A DNA stretch of 33,624 nt from Stramenopiles sp. TOSAG23-3 (taxonomy: Eukaryota), in NCBI GenBank assembly GCA_900128585.1, contig LT642208.1, positions 1 to 33,624 of the forward strand, given 5' to 3'. Positions 1 to 9,124 of the stretch are shown piece after piece; the stretch's first letter is position 1, and each line of letters starts with the position of its first letter. The notes beneath the pieces are model-generated. The model was not told the DNA's origin and ran no database searches. It saw only the letters and a list, made by a program, of their open reading frames with translations. The translations under genes and the position numbers were made by a program.

Positions 1-378
1 AAGAAGAAGAAAGAAGAAGAAGAAGAAGAAGAAGAAGAAGAAGAAGAAGAAGAAGAAGAAGAAGAAGAAAAAGAAGAAGAAGAAGAAAGAAGAAGAAGAA
101 GAAGAAAAAGAAAAAGAAAAAGAAAAAGAAAAAGAAAAAGAAAAAGAAAAAGAAAAAGAAAAAGAAAAAGAAAAAGAAGAAAAAGAAGAAGATAGAAGAA
201 GAAGAAGAAAAAGAAAAAGAAGAATTAAAAGAAAAAGAAAAAGAAAAAGAAAAAGAAAAAGAAAAAGAAAAAGAAGAAAAAGAAGAAGATAGAAGAAGAA
301 AAAGAAAAAGAAGAATTAAAAGAAGAAGAATTAAAAGAAGAAGAATTAAAAGAAGAAGAATTAATAAAAGAAGAAGAC
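1..378. repeat. Compound purine microsatellite (GAA)n / (GAAAAA)n / (GAAGAAGAATTAAAA)n
   Basis: Directly visible. Includes a higher-order duplication containing GAAGATAGAAGAA near 188 and 285. Confidence 0.95.
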
Positions 379-830
379 ATAAATAAAATCATTCTTCTTC
401 TTCAAATATTATTACCCTCGTCATTTGTGTTGGTTAGTAAGTACCGGTAGCAATGATGATCCCTATGATGTGTCAATCATAGAAGAAGAAAAGAGAGGTC
501 AACTATTATGTGAAAAAATTATTTGTTAATTTTATAATTTTTTGTTCTTGTTGTTGTGGTGATGTTAAATTATTATAATAAACAACGAGAAAAGAGAGAC
601 GACGAATGACGCGCGAAGAAGAACCGGACGTCTTCTTTTCTTTTGTCCCTCACTATATAATATTTATATAACATATTTACGTAATGTGCCAATCGTCTTT
701 TATGCATTGAATTTGAAATTGAACTTGCATTCTTAACAACTTCAGAACATTTTTAAGGAAGAATTCCTGCCTCTCCCTAAACGACGACTTTCTTCAAGTG
801 TTCTGAATTTGAAACGAAACTACAAATACA

Positions 831-2225
831 ATGGCCAGCCTCACGAGCTTGGGCCGCCCGGCGCCGTGCCCAGAACATATTGAAAAGGCATTGCAGCACG
901 CTTTCCTCGACAAAAATCGCTTGTTAGACGAGGATTCAAACCCAACCGCGTACTTTATGAATTTTACCAGGTTTGAAAGAAATGCAAAAAGGCTGTTTGA
1001 CGCGTTTTCGGTGTTGAAGACTACGAAAACGACCCACACGTTCGCGGTCAAGTCGAACCCTTTGGTCGGGGTGCTGAAGAAGGCATGCCAGCTGAACCTG
1101 GGCGCGGAGTGTGCTTCCATTGTTGAGGTGAAGCATGCAATTCAGTGTGGGTTTGCGAAAGAAAAAATTGTTTTCGATTCACCGGCCAAGACCAACCAAG
1201 AAATAAAGTTTTGTATCGAAAACGGTGTGTACATGAACTGCGACAATCTGAACGAGGTGGACCGGGTGGCCAACGTCTTTGCCAACCTCGAAATCGATTC
1301 AGACCCGCGGGTCGGCTTGCGCATCAATCCAGGTCTGGGCGCCGGCAAAATTGCAACTTCAAGCACGGCCACGAAGACGTCCAAGTTTGGCGTTTACGTC
1401 GGGGATTACAAGAGCGATATTATTGAAGCTTGCCGAAAGTACAAGTGGTTGAATGGCTTCCATGTCCACGTTGGATCCCAAGGCTGCGGGTTGGAGATGT
1501 TGGTGGACGGCGCAAAATGCATCGCTCTCCTGGCCGTAGAAATTAACGCTTTGGGGCGGCAGGAAGGCCAGCGCCAACAAATATCAATCCTGGACTTTGG
1601 TGGGGGGCTGGGGATAAACTACGATTCCGACGACGATGCTAAAATTCACTATAAAGAGTATGCGAAACGGCTGAAAGCCTCGATTCGTGAATTCAACGAC
1701 GATGGCAACGCATTGGATCACTTTGAAATTTTTACCGAATTCGGCAGATCAATGATACAAAAATGTGGGTGGGTAGCAACGTACGTGAACAATGTAAAGA
1801 ACAACGGGGGGAGAAACATTGCGACCTGCCACGTAGGCAGCGACATGTTTCTGCGCACTGCTTACCTCCCTCAGCAATGGTCCCACCGAATCACCGTCTT
1901 TGCCGTAGGCACAGACGGAAGACCGAGGGAGCGCACCGTTGAACACGACGACGAGCTCGAAACGTACGACATCGCTGGACCCCTTTGCTTTAGCGGCGAC
2001 ATGATGGCGACGAAACGTTCGATGCCAAGGATCCTTCAAGGCGATTGGTTAGTTGTTCACGATGCTGGCGGGTACACGTATAGCATGCACAGCCGGTACA
2101 ACAGCATCCCTGCGCCTGCTGTGTATTCGTACACTTACGGGGGAAAGGAAAGTGTAAAAATTCAGGAGTTCAAGACATTGAAGAAGCGTGAAACGTGGGA
2201 AGAAGTTTGTCAGTTTTGGTGTTGA
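831..2225 (+). CDS. PLP-dependent fold-type III decarboxylase, diaminopimelate decarboxylase (lysA)-like
   Basis: 464-aa ORF with FAVKSNP (PLP lysine), ECASxxE, DSPAKT, GLRINP, SKFG, HVHVGSQ, LDFGGG, EFGRS, GPLCFSGD and DAGGY..YN motifs. Substrate not certain. Confidence 0.88.
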   Translation: MASLTSLGRPAPCPEHIEKALQHAFLDKNRLLDEDSNPTAYFMNFTRFERNAKRLFDAFSVLKTTKTTHTFAVKSNPLVGVLKKACQLNLGAECASIVEVKHAIQCGFAKEKIVFDSPAKTNQEIKFCIENGVYMNCDNLNEVDRVANVFANLEIDSDPRVGLRINPGLGAGKIATSSTATKTSKFGVYVGDYKSDIIEACRKYKWLNGFHVHVGSQGCGLEMLVDGAKCIALLAVEINALGRQEGQRQQISILDFGGGLGINYDSDDDAKIHYKEYAKRLKASIREFNDDGNALDHFEIFTEFGRSMIQKCGWVATYVNNVKNNGGRNIATCHVGSDMFLRTAYLPQQWSHRITVFAVGTDGRPRERTVEHDDELETYDIAGPLCFSGDMMATKRSMPRILQGDWLVVHDAGGYTYSMHSRYNSIPAPAVYSYTYGGKESVKIQEFKTLKKRETWEEVCQFWC

Positions 2226-2274
2226 AAATTACATTTTTTTATCGTTTACTTATGGTTCGTGTAGGAGTAATTCT

Positions 2275-2478
2275 TTATTTATTTGTGTCCGTACAATCTC
2301 CTTTGTCGTGTTCACACGATTTCGTATTACAACCAATGTCGCAGAAGCCGTCCGCTATCCAGTTCATAGGGCAATTTACAGCGCATTGATCTTCACACAG
2401 ACCGTCTGCCGTTTCCAAATTAGATGGTATATCCAACCTGTCGCACAAAGGATTCCCCGAAAAGTAAAGGAATTTAAT
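2275..2478 (-). pseudogene. Start-less fragment of an LRR + LNR (Lin-12/Notch repeat) protein
   Basis: Manual translation: IKFLYFSGNPLCDRLDIPSNLETADGLCEDQCAVNCPMNWIADGFCDIGCNTKSCEHDKGDCTDTNK* (TAA 2277-2275). It has a final LRR with a GNPLC cap and a six-Cys LNR (2293-2385). The frame is closed by TGA near 2570 with no ATG in between. Confidence 0.8.
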
Positions 2479-2707
2479 AAAACAAGAAAATTGGCTGTTA
2501 TTTAAGTAATCAAAATTAATGTACTGCGAACTGAAATCGAGATTTAGACATTCTAGGTTTACATTCCTTCATGAACTGCGAACTTATCTTTGCTCTTTTG
2601 GTTTTACACTAATCGATATACCCTTGTCACTTAGTCTTGACCTACTATTTATTCTCAGCAGATGAACTCCATTTATGACCTGATGATGAATCAGTAAATG
2701 GATTAGC
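2471..2707 (-). repeat. Dispersed repeat, copy A (inverted homologue of 27749-28066)
   Basis: Reverse-complement matches: 2617-2641 = 27801-27825 (25/25), 2555-2584 = 27856-27885 (29/30), 2483-2510 = 27970-27997 (28/28), plus shorter collinear blocks. Confidence 0.92.
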
Positions 2708-3174
2708 AGTTAGCAGTGCTTCCACAAGGTATTTATTAATATTGTTGGTCGGTCCATTTTCCTGACATTGTTAGATGACAATAGATAGTCTAGCATTAGA
2801 TTTATTATTAGACACTATTAAATTATTATTATATTTACATACAACAACAAAAGGGGATTTTGCTTTGATTTTAACGGCTTGACGCGTTGACATATTATTT
2901 GTTAATAATGAATGCAAACTGCAACACTGCAACAAACGGCCAAAAAACCGAACAATTTTTTTCCGCGCGAGAGCTTCCAGATTGTCATCGTGGCCGTCGT
3001 CTATCTCGTCACTTGTGCCTTTCTTCGTCGCACCCCGCCTTTTTGCCCTTTTCTTTCTTCATTGCCTTTTGCCAGGCAATGTAAACATTTTTCATCGTTC
3101 TCACATCGAACCCAAACGATATGCTGTTTATTATCTGATTATCTCAAAAGGATCAGTGTGCTATTTGCTACAAG

Positions 3175-6100
3175 ATGAAACGATATATTTTTGGATCGAT
3201 TTTCTTGTCGGTGTTTATCACCACGTCGGTGCATGGAACACAAGAGGGACAAGTACCAAAAATACTGAGTATTTTTCCTCTCCCTAGCACGACGGCAGGA
3301 AACGTGATCACTACGTTTACGTTTGAACAAAACGCGTTTCTCGAAAACGCTACCTTGTTTGACAATTTAACAATCACAATAAACGGTAATAGTTGGCAAA
3401 TACTTTCTAGAAATGTAACTGCGCAGCAGATAGTGGCCATATCAAAACCAGGGATCGGAATGGAACACAACGTGACCGTAGCGGTCGATGGAATAACATA
3501 CGATGAACACAATGTTACGTTTCGCTACAGCCGACCTGTTGTTGATAACGTTACTGCTCCTCCTGTAGCGGGGGGGACGATGCGAATCTATGCCCGGGAA
3601 TGGGGAACAGAATTGGCACATGTTGACATTGAGGTCTCCGATGGAAACTGTATGGAAACTGTACATAAATGCACCGATATTGAGGTGTTCCCTGACTACC
3701 TAAAATGCACTTACCTGGGGAAAGGGATCTTTGGTGATTGCAACACCAAACAGGTCACGCTAAAGGTGAAAGGGCAAGAAGCGGACCCGAAGTACATTTG
3801 CTATGGCAACAAGGACACCGATGGGCAGATAACATATGTGCCGAACACTCGGAAGTCTATACCAGAGGGCAAAGAATATGTGTACGAGATATCTTTAACG
3901 CAGACCGTGGGAATAGTATTGAGCTCAAGTGTCACCATAGAAGTGTCAGCGACATGCGTAGGCGCATTTACTGACCCAATTCCGTGCCCGCCGGACCTCG
4001 GGTGCCTCTTGTCGCTTGACGGTGATCAGTTTAGTGATACTGTCAGTGTTATGTTTTCCAAATCAGATTTTCCTTCTGATGGCAACGTACCCCCTGAACC
4101 GGTCGGGGACCCTCCGATGAAGTCCATAACTGTGAAAGGCAAGTCCAACAATATCGATGAAGGCGGGGGGGGGTGTGAAGGCATGGGAGCGAGTGCTCAG
4201 CTGTGCATGATAGAGCACAGAGTGAACACATCGCTGTCCGATGAAACAATGCACGGGGCGAATGTGGAGCAGTTCACCGTAGACGTTACCAACGAGGACG
4301 TTGCTGATCTGAAACTGTACGTTTACAATGCGAAAAATAAATCGTTTGATTTTGCAACCAAAGTTATTGGACCACTTTGCAACGCCGAAGGTAGCAATTC
4401 AAGCTATGGAATCGCGTTGGACACCGAGCCCGTATTCGACGTCGTAGTAACCCCTATAATAGAACCAATAGAAGGCATTTCAAAGCCCATTCTGTTGCAA
4501 GTAATCCCCCCAACACTAACGTTCACAAGCAGCGATTACACCACGGTGCAGAAAGTCACCGTGCTTTCAATAAACGACGACGTGGACAATGAGATAATCC
4601 AATATCGCATCGTTCATAACATTTCGACCCAAGACCTGGGGTATGGTACGTTCGTGGAAACGGAACTGAGAAGAAAAATACCTCCCTCGTACACGATGAT
4701 TGGGCATCGATGCACTAGCGGAGCAGCTCCCTCGAGACCCAACGTTGCAGCTCCCTCGAGACCCGTCGTTACACATGAATCTCAACACCGCTTACGAATA
4801 TCTTGGTCGCACCGGGACGCCATCAACTTTGAGGTACAATGGAGCGAGCAAGATACCTTTGCCGACGCGAATTCCAACACAACCACTGGAACCGAACGTT
4901 TTGTCGATACAAAGACACCCCTTGCCCTAGCCGTGGTTTACGTTCGTGTACGGGCTGCCGAAGGCCCTTGGTCGCTGGTATCCTTGCCATGGACGGTCGC
5001 AAGCGATTGCGATATTGTCAATCAGTACCTCAACACCTCCTTAACACTGGTGAAATGGACGTGCAAAATCTGCCCGGTGGGTGCCTCGTGCGCCGGCAAC
5101 GACGTTACGTGGTCCGACGTCAAAGCGCTGTTCGGGTGGTGGCGGCATACTGTAGGAACGGCTCCCAGCAATTTCTCAGAGTGCCTTTTCCCCCCTGCGT
5201 GCATGGGAGCCCCCAACCCAGAATTCCAAGGCATGTTTGAAAATGCCTCCGGCTACGATGTATCCCTGGTAAACAGTCCTGAACAGTGCGCTCTGTCCTC
5301 TGGGTATGCACAGCAGTGCGAAGGAGATGGCGCGCCTCGCTGCCGCCTTTGTGCCACCTGCGCTTATGGGTACCGTCGTCGGATCATGGATGGCATGGCA
5401 CGCTGCGATGCCTGCCCCAAGCCGACTGAGAATCGGTTGAAAATAGTGGGAGGTGTCGTGCTCGGTCTGGGGCTGCTTGCATTCCTTGTGCGAATTAATT
5501 TGGGCAGCGGGGGAAAGCGCACGACGGCTAAAATGTACCAAATTATTTTCCTCGACTACTTGCAGACAAGCTCGTTGGTGGTTACCATGGACGTGCCGTG
5601 GCCCGAACTGTTGCAGTTCATCTATAGCATCCAAGGCGTGGTTTCGACCATTGGGGAACACCTGCTCTCTCCCGACTGCGAACTCACCGACGTTCGACCC
5701 GCAGACGTTATGTACCAGAAGCAATTGGGATACGTCCTGTTGCCGTGGGCAACTTCCTTCGGCGCTTGGGTCTTCTGGCGTGTTCTCTGCCTTTGCCGAC
5801 GCCGGGGATGGACGAGCGGCGAGCCGTCGTACCAAGACAAGTACGTTGCGACGGTGGTATTTCTGCTCTTTCTGCTATACCCCACGATGTGCAACGCCTC
5901 CTTTGCGTTGCTGTCATTCAAAGAGGTCAATGGACAACTCTTTCTTCACGCTGACTTGCAAGAGCCGTACATGTCTGGGCGGCATTTGCTGTTTGTCTTG
6001 CTACTGTCCGTGCCACAACTCGCTTTTGTGTTTGGTCTCCCAATTGTGGGGTACTTGATTCTTCGCAAACACCATCGAGCCAAACGCTTGCATGAATCGC

Positions 6101-7083
6101 GCGTGCAGTTTCGCTACGGGATGCTGTACAACGGGTACCAGTACAAGTGCTGGTGGTGGGACATGGTGGTCGCGTACCGGAAAGCGACAATTTCCTTTGT
6201 CACCAATTACGTTCCCAGCAGCGTGGAAATTCATGTATTGCTCTTTGTCCTGACCCTTTCGCTCTTCCTCAACACGCAGTGGCGTCCGTACACGGACGAA
6301 GAGGCGTCCGATAAGAAACAACGTCAATCACTGCACAACATGGGGGCATACTCGATGCTGCTGGTCTACGTGACTGGATGGTCGGGGTTCTACTTTAAAG
6401 AGTCTCCCTACTGCGAGAAAGATACGTGGTCCTGCATGGCGCTGATGGTAGTGATAGCTCTGCTCAATTCATGTTTTTTCGTATACTGCGTCGTGATGCT
6501 CGGGTATGCCTATGTTGGAGAGCGTATGCCCGACGTCGCACAGCAATGGAATCGTATGACCAAACGTTGCAAACGACGCCAGCCGAACATCGTGTTGGAG
6601 GAGGAGAACACGTCCGACAATCCCATGTATCGTTCTCGACGGACGTCTAGCTTTCAATCGAGAATGGCAAGTCGTGCAGACGTAGAAATGGCTCCGATAT
6701 TTAAAGCGTTGGGCATGTCGAAGCTGGGAAGGGAGAGGGAGCTTTTGAAGGAAAACAAACGTTTAAGGGAAAGATGTAATGCATTGAAAGCAAATAAGGA
6801 AATGGAGGATGCAGAAAACAAACGGTTGAAGGCAGAGCAGAAAGATGAGGTAAAGCGTATGATTTGCAGGGCATTTGCAGATTTTAACTACGAGGCGAAT
6901 GGGGATGACGAGTTGTCTTTGAAAGAAGGCTATGAAATCGAAGTGACGGAAATCGATGATGACGACGGGTGGTGGCACGGAAAGCTCGATGGAAAATATG
7001 GCGCCTTTCCGTACAACTACACGAAAACGGTCACGGACCTAGAAGGGAAACAAGAGGTTTGGGACGATGCCAAGCTGCTTTGA
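3175..7083 (+). CDS. Large multi-pass surface receptor-like protein: signal peptide, IPT/TIG-like and other beta-sandwich domains, FN3-like, Cys-rich region, ~9 TM segments (TRP/FLC-like), coiled coil, C-terminal SH3
   Basis: 1302-aa ORF. Hydrophobic N-terminus; CKICPVGASC..FGWW Cys-rich module; YLQ, LLFLLYP, RYGMLYNGY..WWWDMV..RK and RPY membrane-domain motifs; SH3 AFADFNYEA..DELSLKEG..GWWHG..GAFPYNY (6865-7026). Confidence 0.85.
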   Translation: MKRYIFGSIFLSVFITTSVHGTQEGQVPKILSIFPLPSTTAGNVITTFTFEQNAFLENATLFDNLTITINGNSWQILSRNVTAQQIVAISKPGIGMEHNVTVAVDGITYDEHNVTFRYSRPVVDNVTAPPVAGGTMRIYAREWGTELAHVDIEVSDGNCMETVHKCTDIEVFPDYLKCTYLGKGIFGDCNTKQVTLKVKGQEADPKYICYGNKDTDGQITYVPNTRKSIPEGKEYVYEISLTQTVGIVLSSSVTIEVSATCVGAFTDPIPCPPDLGCLLSLDGDQFSDTVSVMFSKSDFPSDGNVPPEPVGDPPMKSITVKGKSNNIDEGGGGCEGMGASAQLCMIEHRVNTSLSDETMHGANVEQFTVDVTNEDVADLKLYVYNAKNKSFDFATKVIGPLCNAEGSNSSYGIALDTEPVFDVVVTPIIEPIEGISKPILLQVIPPTLTFTSSDYTTVQKVTVLSINDDVDNEIIQYRIVHNISTQDLGYGTFVETELRRKIPPSYTMIGHRCTSGAAPSRPNVAAPSRPVVTHESQHRLRISWSHRDAINFEVQWSEQDTFADANSNTTTGTERFVDTKTPLALAVVYVRVRAAEGPWSLVSLPWTVASDCDIVNQYLNTSLTLVKWTCKICPVGASCAGNDVTWSDVKALFGWWRHTVGTAPSNFSECLFPPACMGAPNPEFQGMFENASGYDVSLVNSPEQCALSSGYAQQCEGDGAPRCRLCATCAYGYRRRIMDGMARCDACPKPTENRLKIVGGVVLGLGLLAFLVRINLGSGGKRTTAKMYQIIFLDYLQTSSLVVTMDVPWPELLQFIYSIQGVVSTIGEHLLSPDCELTDVRPADVMYQKQLGYVLLPWATSFGAWVFWRVLCLCRRRGWTSGEPSYQDKYVATVVFLLFLLYPTMCNASFALLSFKEVNGQLFLHADLQEPYMSGRHLLFVLLLSVPQLAFVFGLPIVGYLILRKHHRAKRLHESRVQFRYGMLYNGYQYKCWWWDMVVAYRKATISFVTNYVPSSVEIHVLLFVLTLSLFLNTQWRPYTDEEASDKKQRQSLHNMGAYSMLLVYVTGWSGFYFKESPYCEKDTWSCMALMVVIALLNSCFFVYCVVMLGYAYVGERMPDVAQQWNRMTKRCKRRQPNIVLEEENTSDNPMYRSRRTSSFQSRMASRADVEMAPIFKALGMSKLGRERELLKENKRLRERCNALKANKEMEDAENKRLKAEQKDEVKRMICRAFADFNYEANGDDELSLKEGYEIEVTEIDDDDGWWHGKLDGKYGAFPYNYTKTVTDLEGKQEVWDDAKLL
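4723..4770 (+). repeat. In-frame 24-bp tandem duplication (AAPSRPNV/AAPSRPVV)
   Basis: GCAGCTCCCTCGAGACCC is identical at 4723-4740 and 4747-4764. Confidence 0.92.
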
Positions 7084-7625
7084 CACCGTCCGTAGTGAGT
7101 AACTTTCATAATTATAATAATACCAGCAGCCACAACAAAATAAAAAACACAAAAGATAGACGAGAAAAAAATATTGTTGTATGCCAAAAAAATACACTTA
7201 CCTTTTATTGCTATATAATTTTTTGTTGTATTTAATTATTAATTATATTTTTTTAGAGAAGATATAAAATAAAATATAGACGACAAACTTCTTCTCTTTC
7301 TTTGTTATACTCGTATAGTTAATTCTTACATATTTATTATATTTTCGTCTTCTTCTTTCTTCGGTGAATTTTATTATTCTTTTTATTTACTTAAAAAAAC
7401 CTTGTTTTATTCTCTGCTGGATTCTTGAGATATTTTAATAGTGGCAAATAGTGTGTCTATAGTTATAATATTCGTCATTTTGTTCCGGACTTCATCGTCA
7501 TCACCACAGAGTCGTCCATTTTCGAGTTGAAATAAAAGAGAGGGAAGAATAATTGCCATAAATGCCTTGTAAAATACATGAATGAAATATCTTCTTATAC
7601 GAACATATTTATAACGATACATAAT

Positions 7626-7743
7626 GGACAATAAAATAGAATAGACGACTTCTCGTAAATATAAAGCTAATAGAAGACTAATCCAATTATCCAAATTATT
7701 AGGATCTTATTATTTACGAGAAGTTAATGCTATTAGTTTGTTC
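7626..7743. repeat. Imperfect inverted repeat / fold-back
   Basis: Perfect 14-bp arms ACTTCTCGTAAATA (7648-7661) and TATTTACGAGAAGT (7711-7724). Imperfect pairing extends outward (ACAA, AATAG) and inward (CTAATA/TATTAG). Confidence 0.75.
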
Positions 7744-8257
7744 GATCGTTGTTTGCGTATATTGTTGTTATTTGTTCGATCGAATTCCACTATATAATAT
7801 TAAAACAAAATGATGGATATATTTTTAATACCTATAAATAGCAGCCATTATTTTGTTTTTAGATGATGGATATATAGTGCCTGTATTTGACATTATTGCG
7901 CATGATGAGTGAACTCATTTTTTATTAAGGGTATATATATTTAACGATAATATGTCGTTTCCTTATATATATAATAATAAAGTTAGCCAACGAACAACAA
8001 TGATGAATATATTAATAACGAGTGAATTGTACCTTAATGTTTAAAGAATGTTTGGATATTTTTACTGGCTATAAATTGTAGTTCCTCTTTTCTTTTCATT
8101 CCTCGGGATACGCACTGAGAAGAATATAATAAATATAAAGGTATACAAAGTTTTCTCCAAGGCATTGCGCAACGATTTTAGAAAGAAGAAAGCATATTCA
8201 GTTTTATATCGCGCTAGTGGTACAAGTTTCTTTTAACCATTGTATATTAAGCAAAGA

Positions 8258-9124
8258 ATGCAAACAATCCATACGCAGGACGCCAGTGGCTTTGGGGGTC
8301 CGGAAAACCGCAGCTCTTCGCTTGAAGATCCGGAAACAAAAACCATTAAAATTCTTCTGCTTGAACTGGCAAACGAGAAACTCAGGGCAGATTTGAACGC
8401 TGTCAAGGCTAAGCTGGCAGAAGAGAGGTATGCAAGACTCGAGAAAGAAATCCAATTCTTAAGGGGGCGAGAGGCGATCATGTGGCAAGAATCAAAAGGT
8501 TCTCAAGACAATTTGGCCGCCCCAAAACGGCCGCCCGCCAAGAAGGGCAAAAAACCAAAGCAGAAGAACAGCCAACAGCCGAAACCCAAAAGCAAGAAAA
8601 CTGCGGCGGCCAAGAACAAGAAAAGGCAGCCCATTGAACAGACGCCCATGCTGTTCTTGGGGGAAGCTGCACATATCGTAACTTCGACCTCTGGTCCGCC
8701 CAAGAAAAAAAGAAAAAAATGGACAAAAGCTGCTAAAAGCAATGGGGAACGACTTGATTTCGTAGGAGCCAAGATTGGGGGGCATCGATTTAACCCTTTG
8801 GTTGATTCGATTGACTTGCAATCCCTCGACCCAAGGAAAGATCCGCCCCCAAAAAAGGGAAAAGACGGGTTCCAAATTGGTCGCTGGACAGTAAAGGAGC
8901 ACTCATGCTTTAAGAAAGGGCTTGATTTGTACGCTAGCGGCAAAAGCAGCTGGGAGAAGATTGCTAAATTAGTAAAAACCCGCTCAGTCATACAAACGCG
9001 AACGCATGCTCAGAAGTACTTTAAAAAGTTGTACCGATCGGGAGTTGTCCAGAAAACTCCTAAACAATCATCTGCAGAAGGAAACATTGTCCGTCCTATT
9101 TATCACCTTCCGTCAGAAAACTGA
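8258..9124 (+). CDS. Single-repeat Myb transcription factor, SHAQKYF class, with N-terminal coiled coil
   Basis: GRWTVKEH..FKKGL..WEKIAKLVKTRSVIQTRTHAQKYF; Lys-rich NLS-like stretches. First ATG is 8258 (the track's 8240 start is TTG). Confidence 0.88.
   Translation: MQTIHTQDASGFGGPENRSSSLEDPETKTIKILLLELANEKLRADLNAVKAKLAEERYARLEKEIQFLRGREAIMWQESKGSQDNLAAPKRPPAKKGKKPKQKNSQQPKPKSKKTAAAKNKKRQPIEQTPMLFLGEAAHIVTSTSGPPKKKRKKWTKAAKSNGERLDFVGAKIGGHRFNPLVDSIDLQSLDPRKDPPPKKGKDGFQIGRWTVKEHSCFKKGLDLYASGKSSWEKIAKLVKTRSVIQTRTHAQKYFKKLYRSGVVQKTPKQSSAEGNIVRPIYHLPSEN

Noticed and set aside
1..450. Possible Glu/Lys-rich coding tail or telomere
   Set aside because: GATA interruptions shift the GAA register, the unit is not a known telomeric repeat, and similar GAA/TTC tracts occur in other spacers.
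7407..7694. 95-aa minus-strand ORF
   Set aside because: TTG start, AT-rich composition unlike the real genes, no recognisable domain, and it overlaps the fold-back.
7737..7790. GTTCGA words suggesting a tRNA T-loop or B box
   Set aside because: No cloverleaf or A box; it is only a 12-bp direct repeat.
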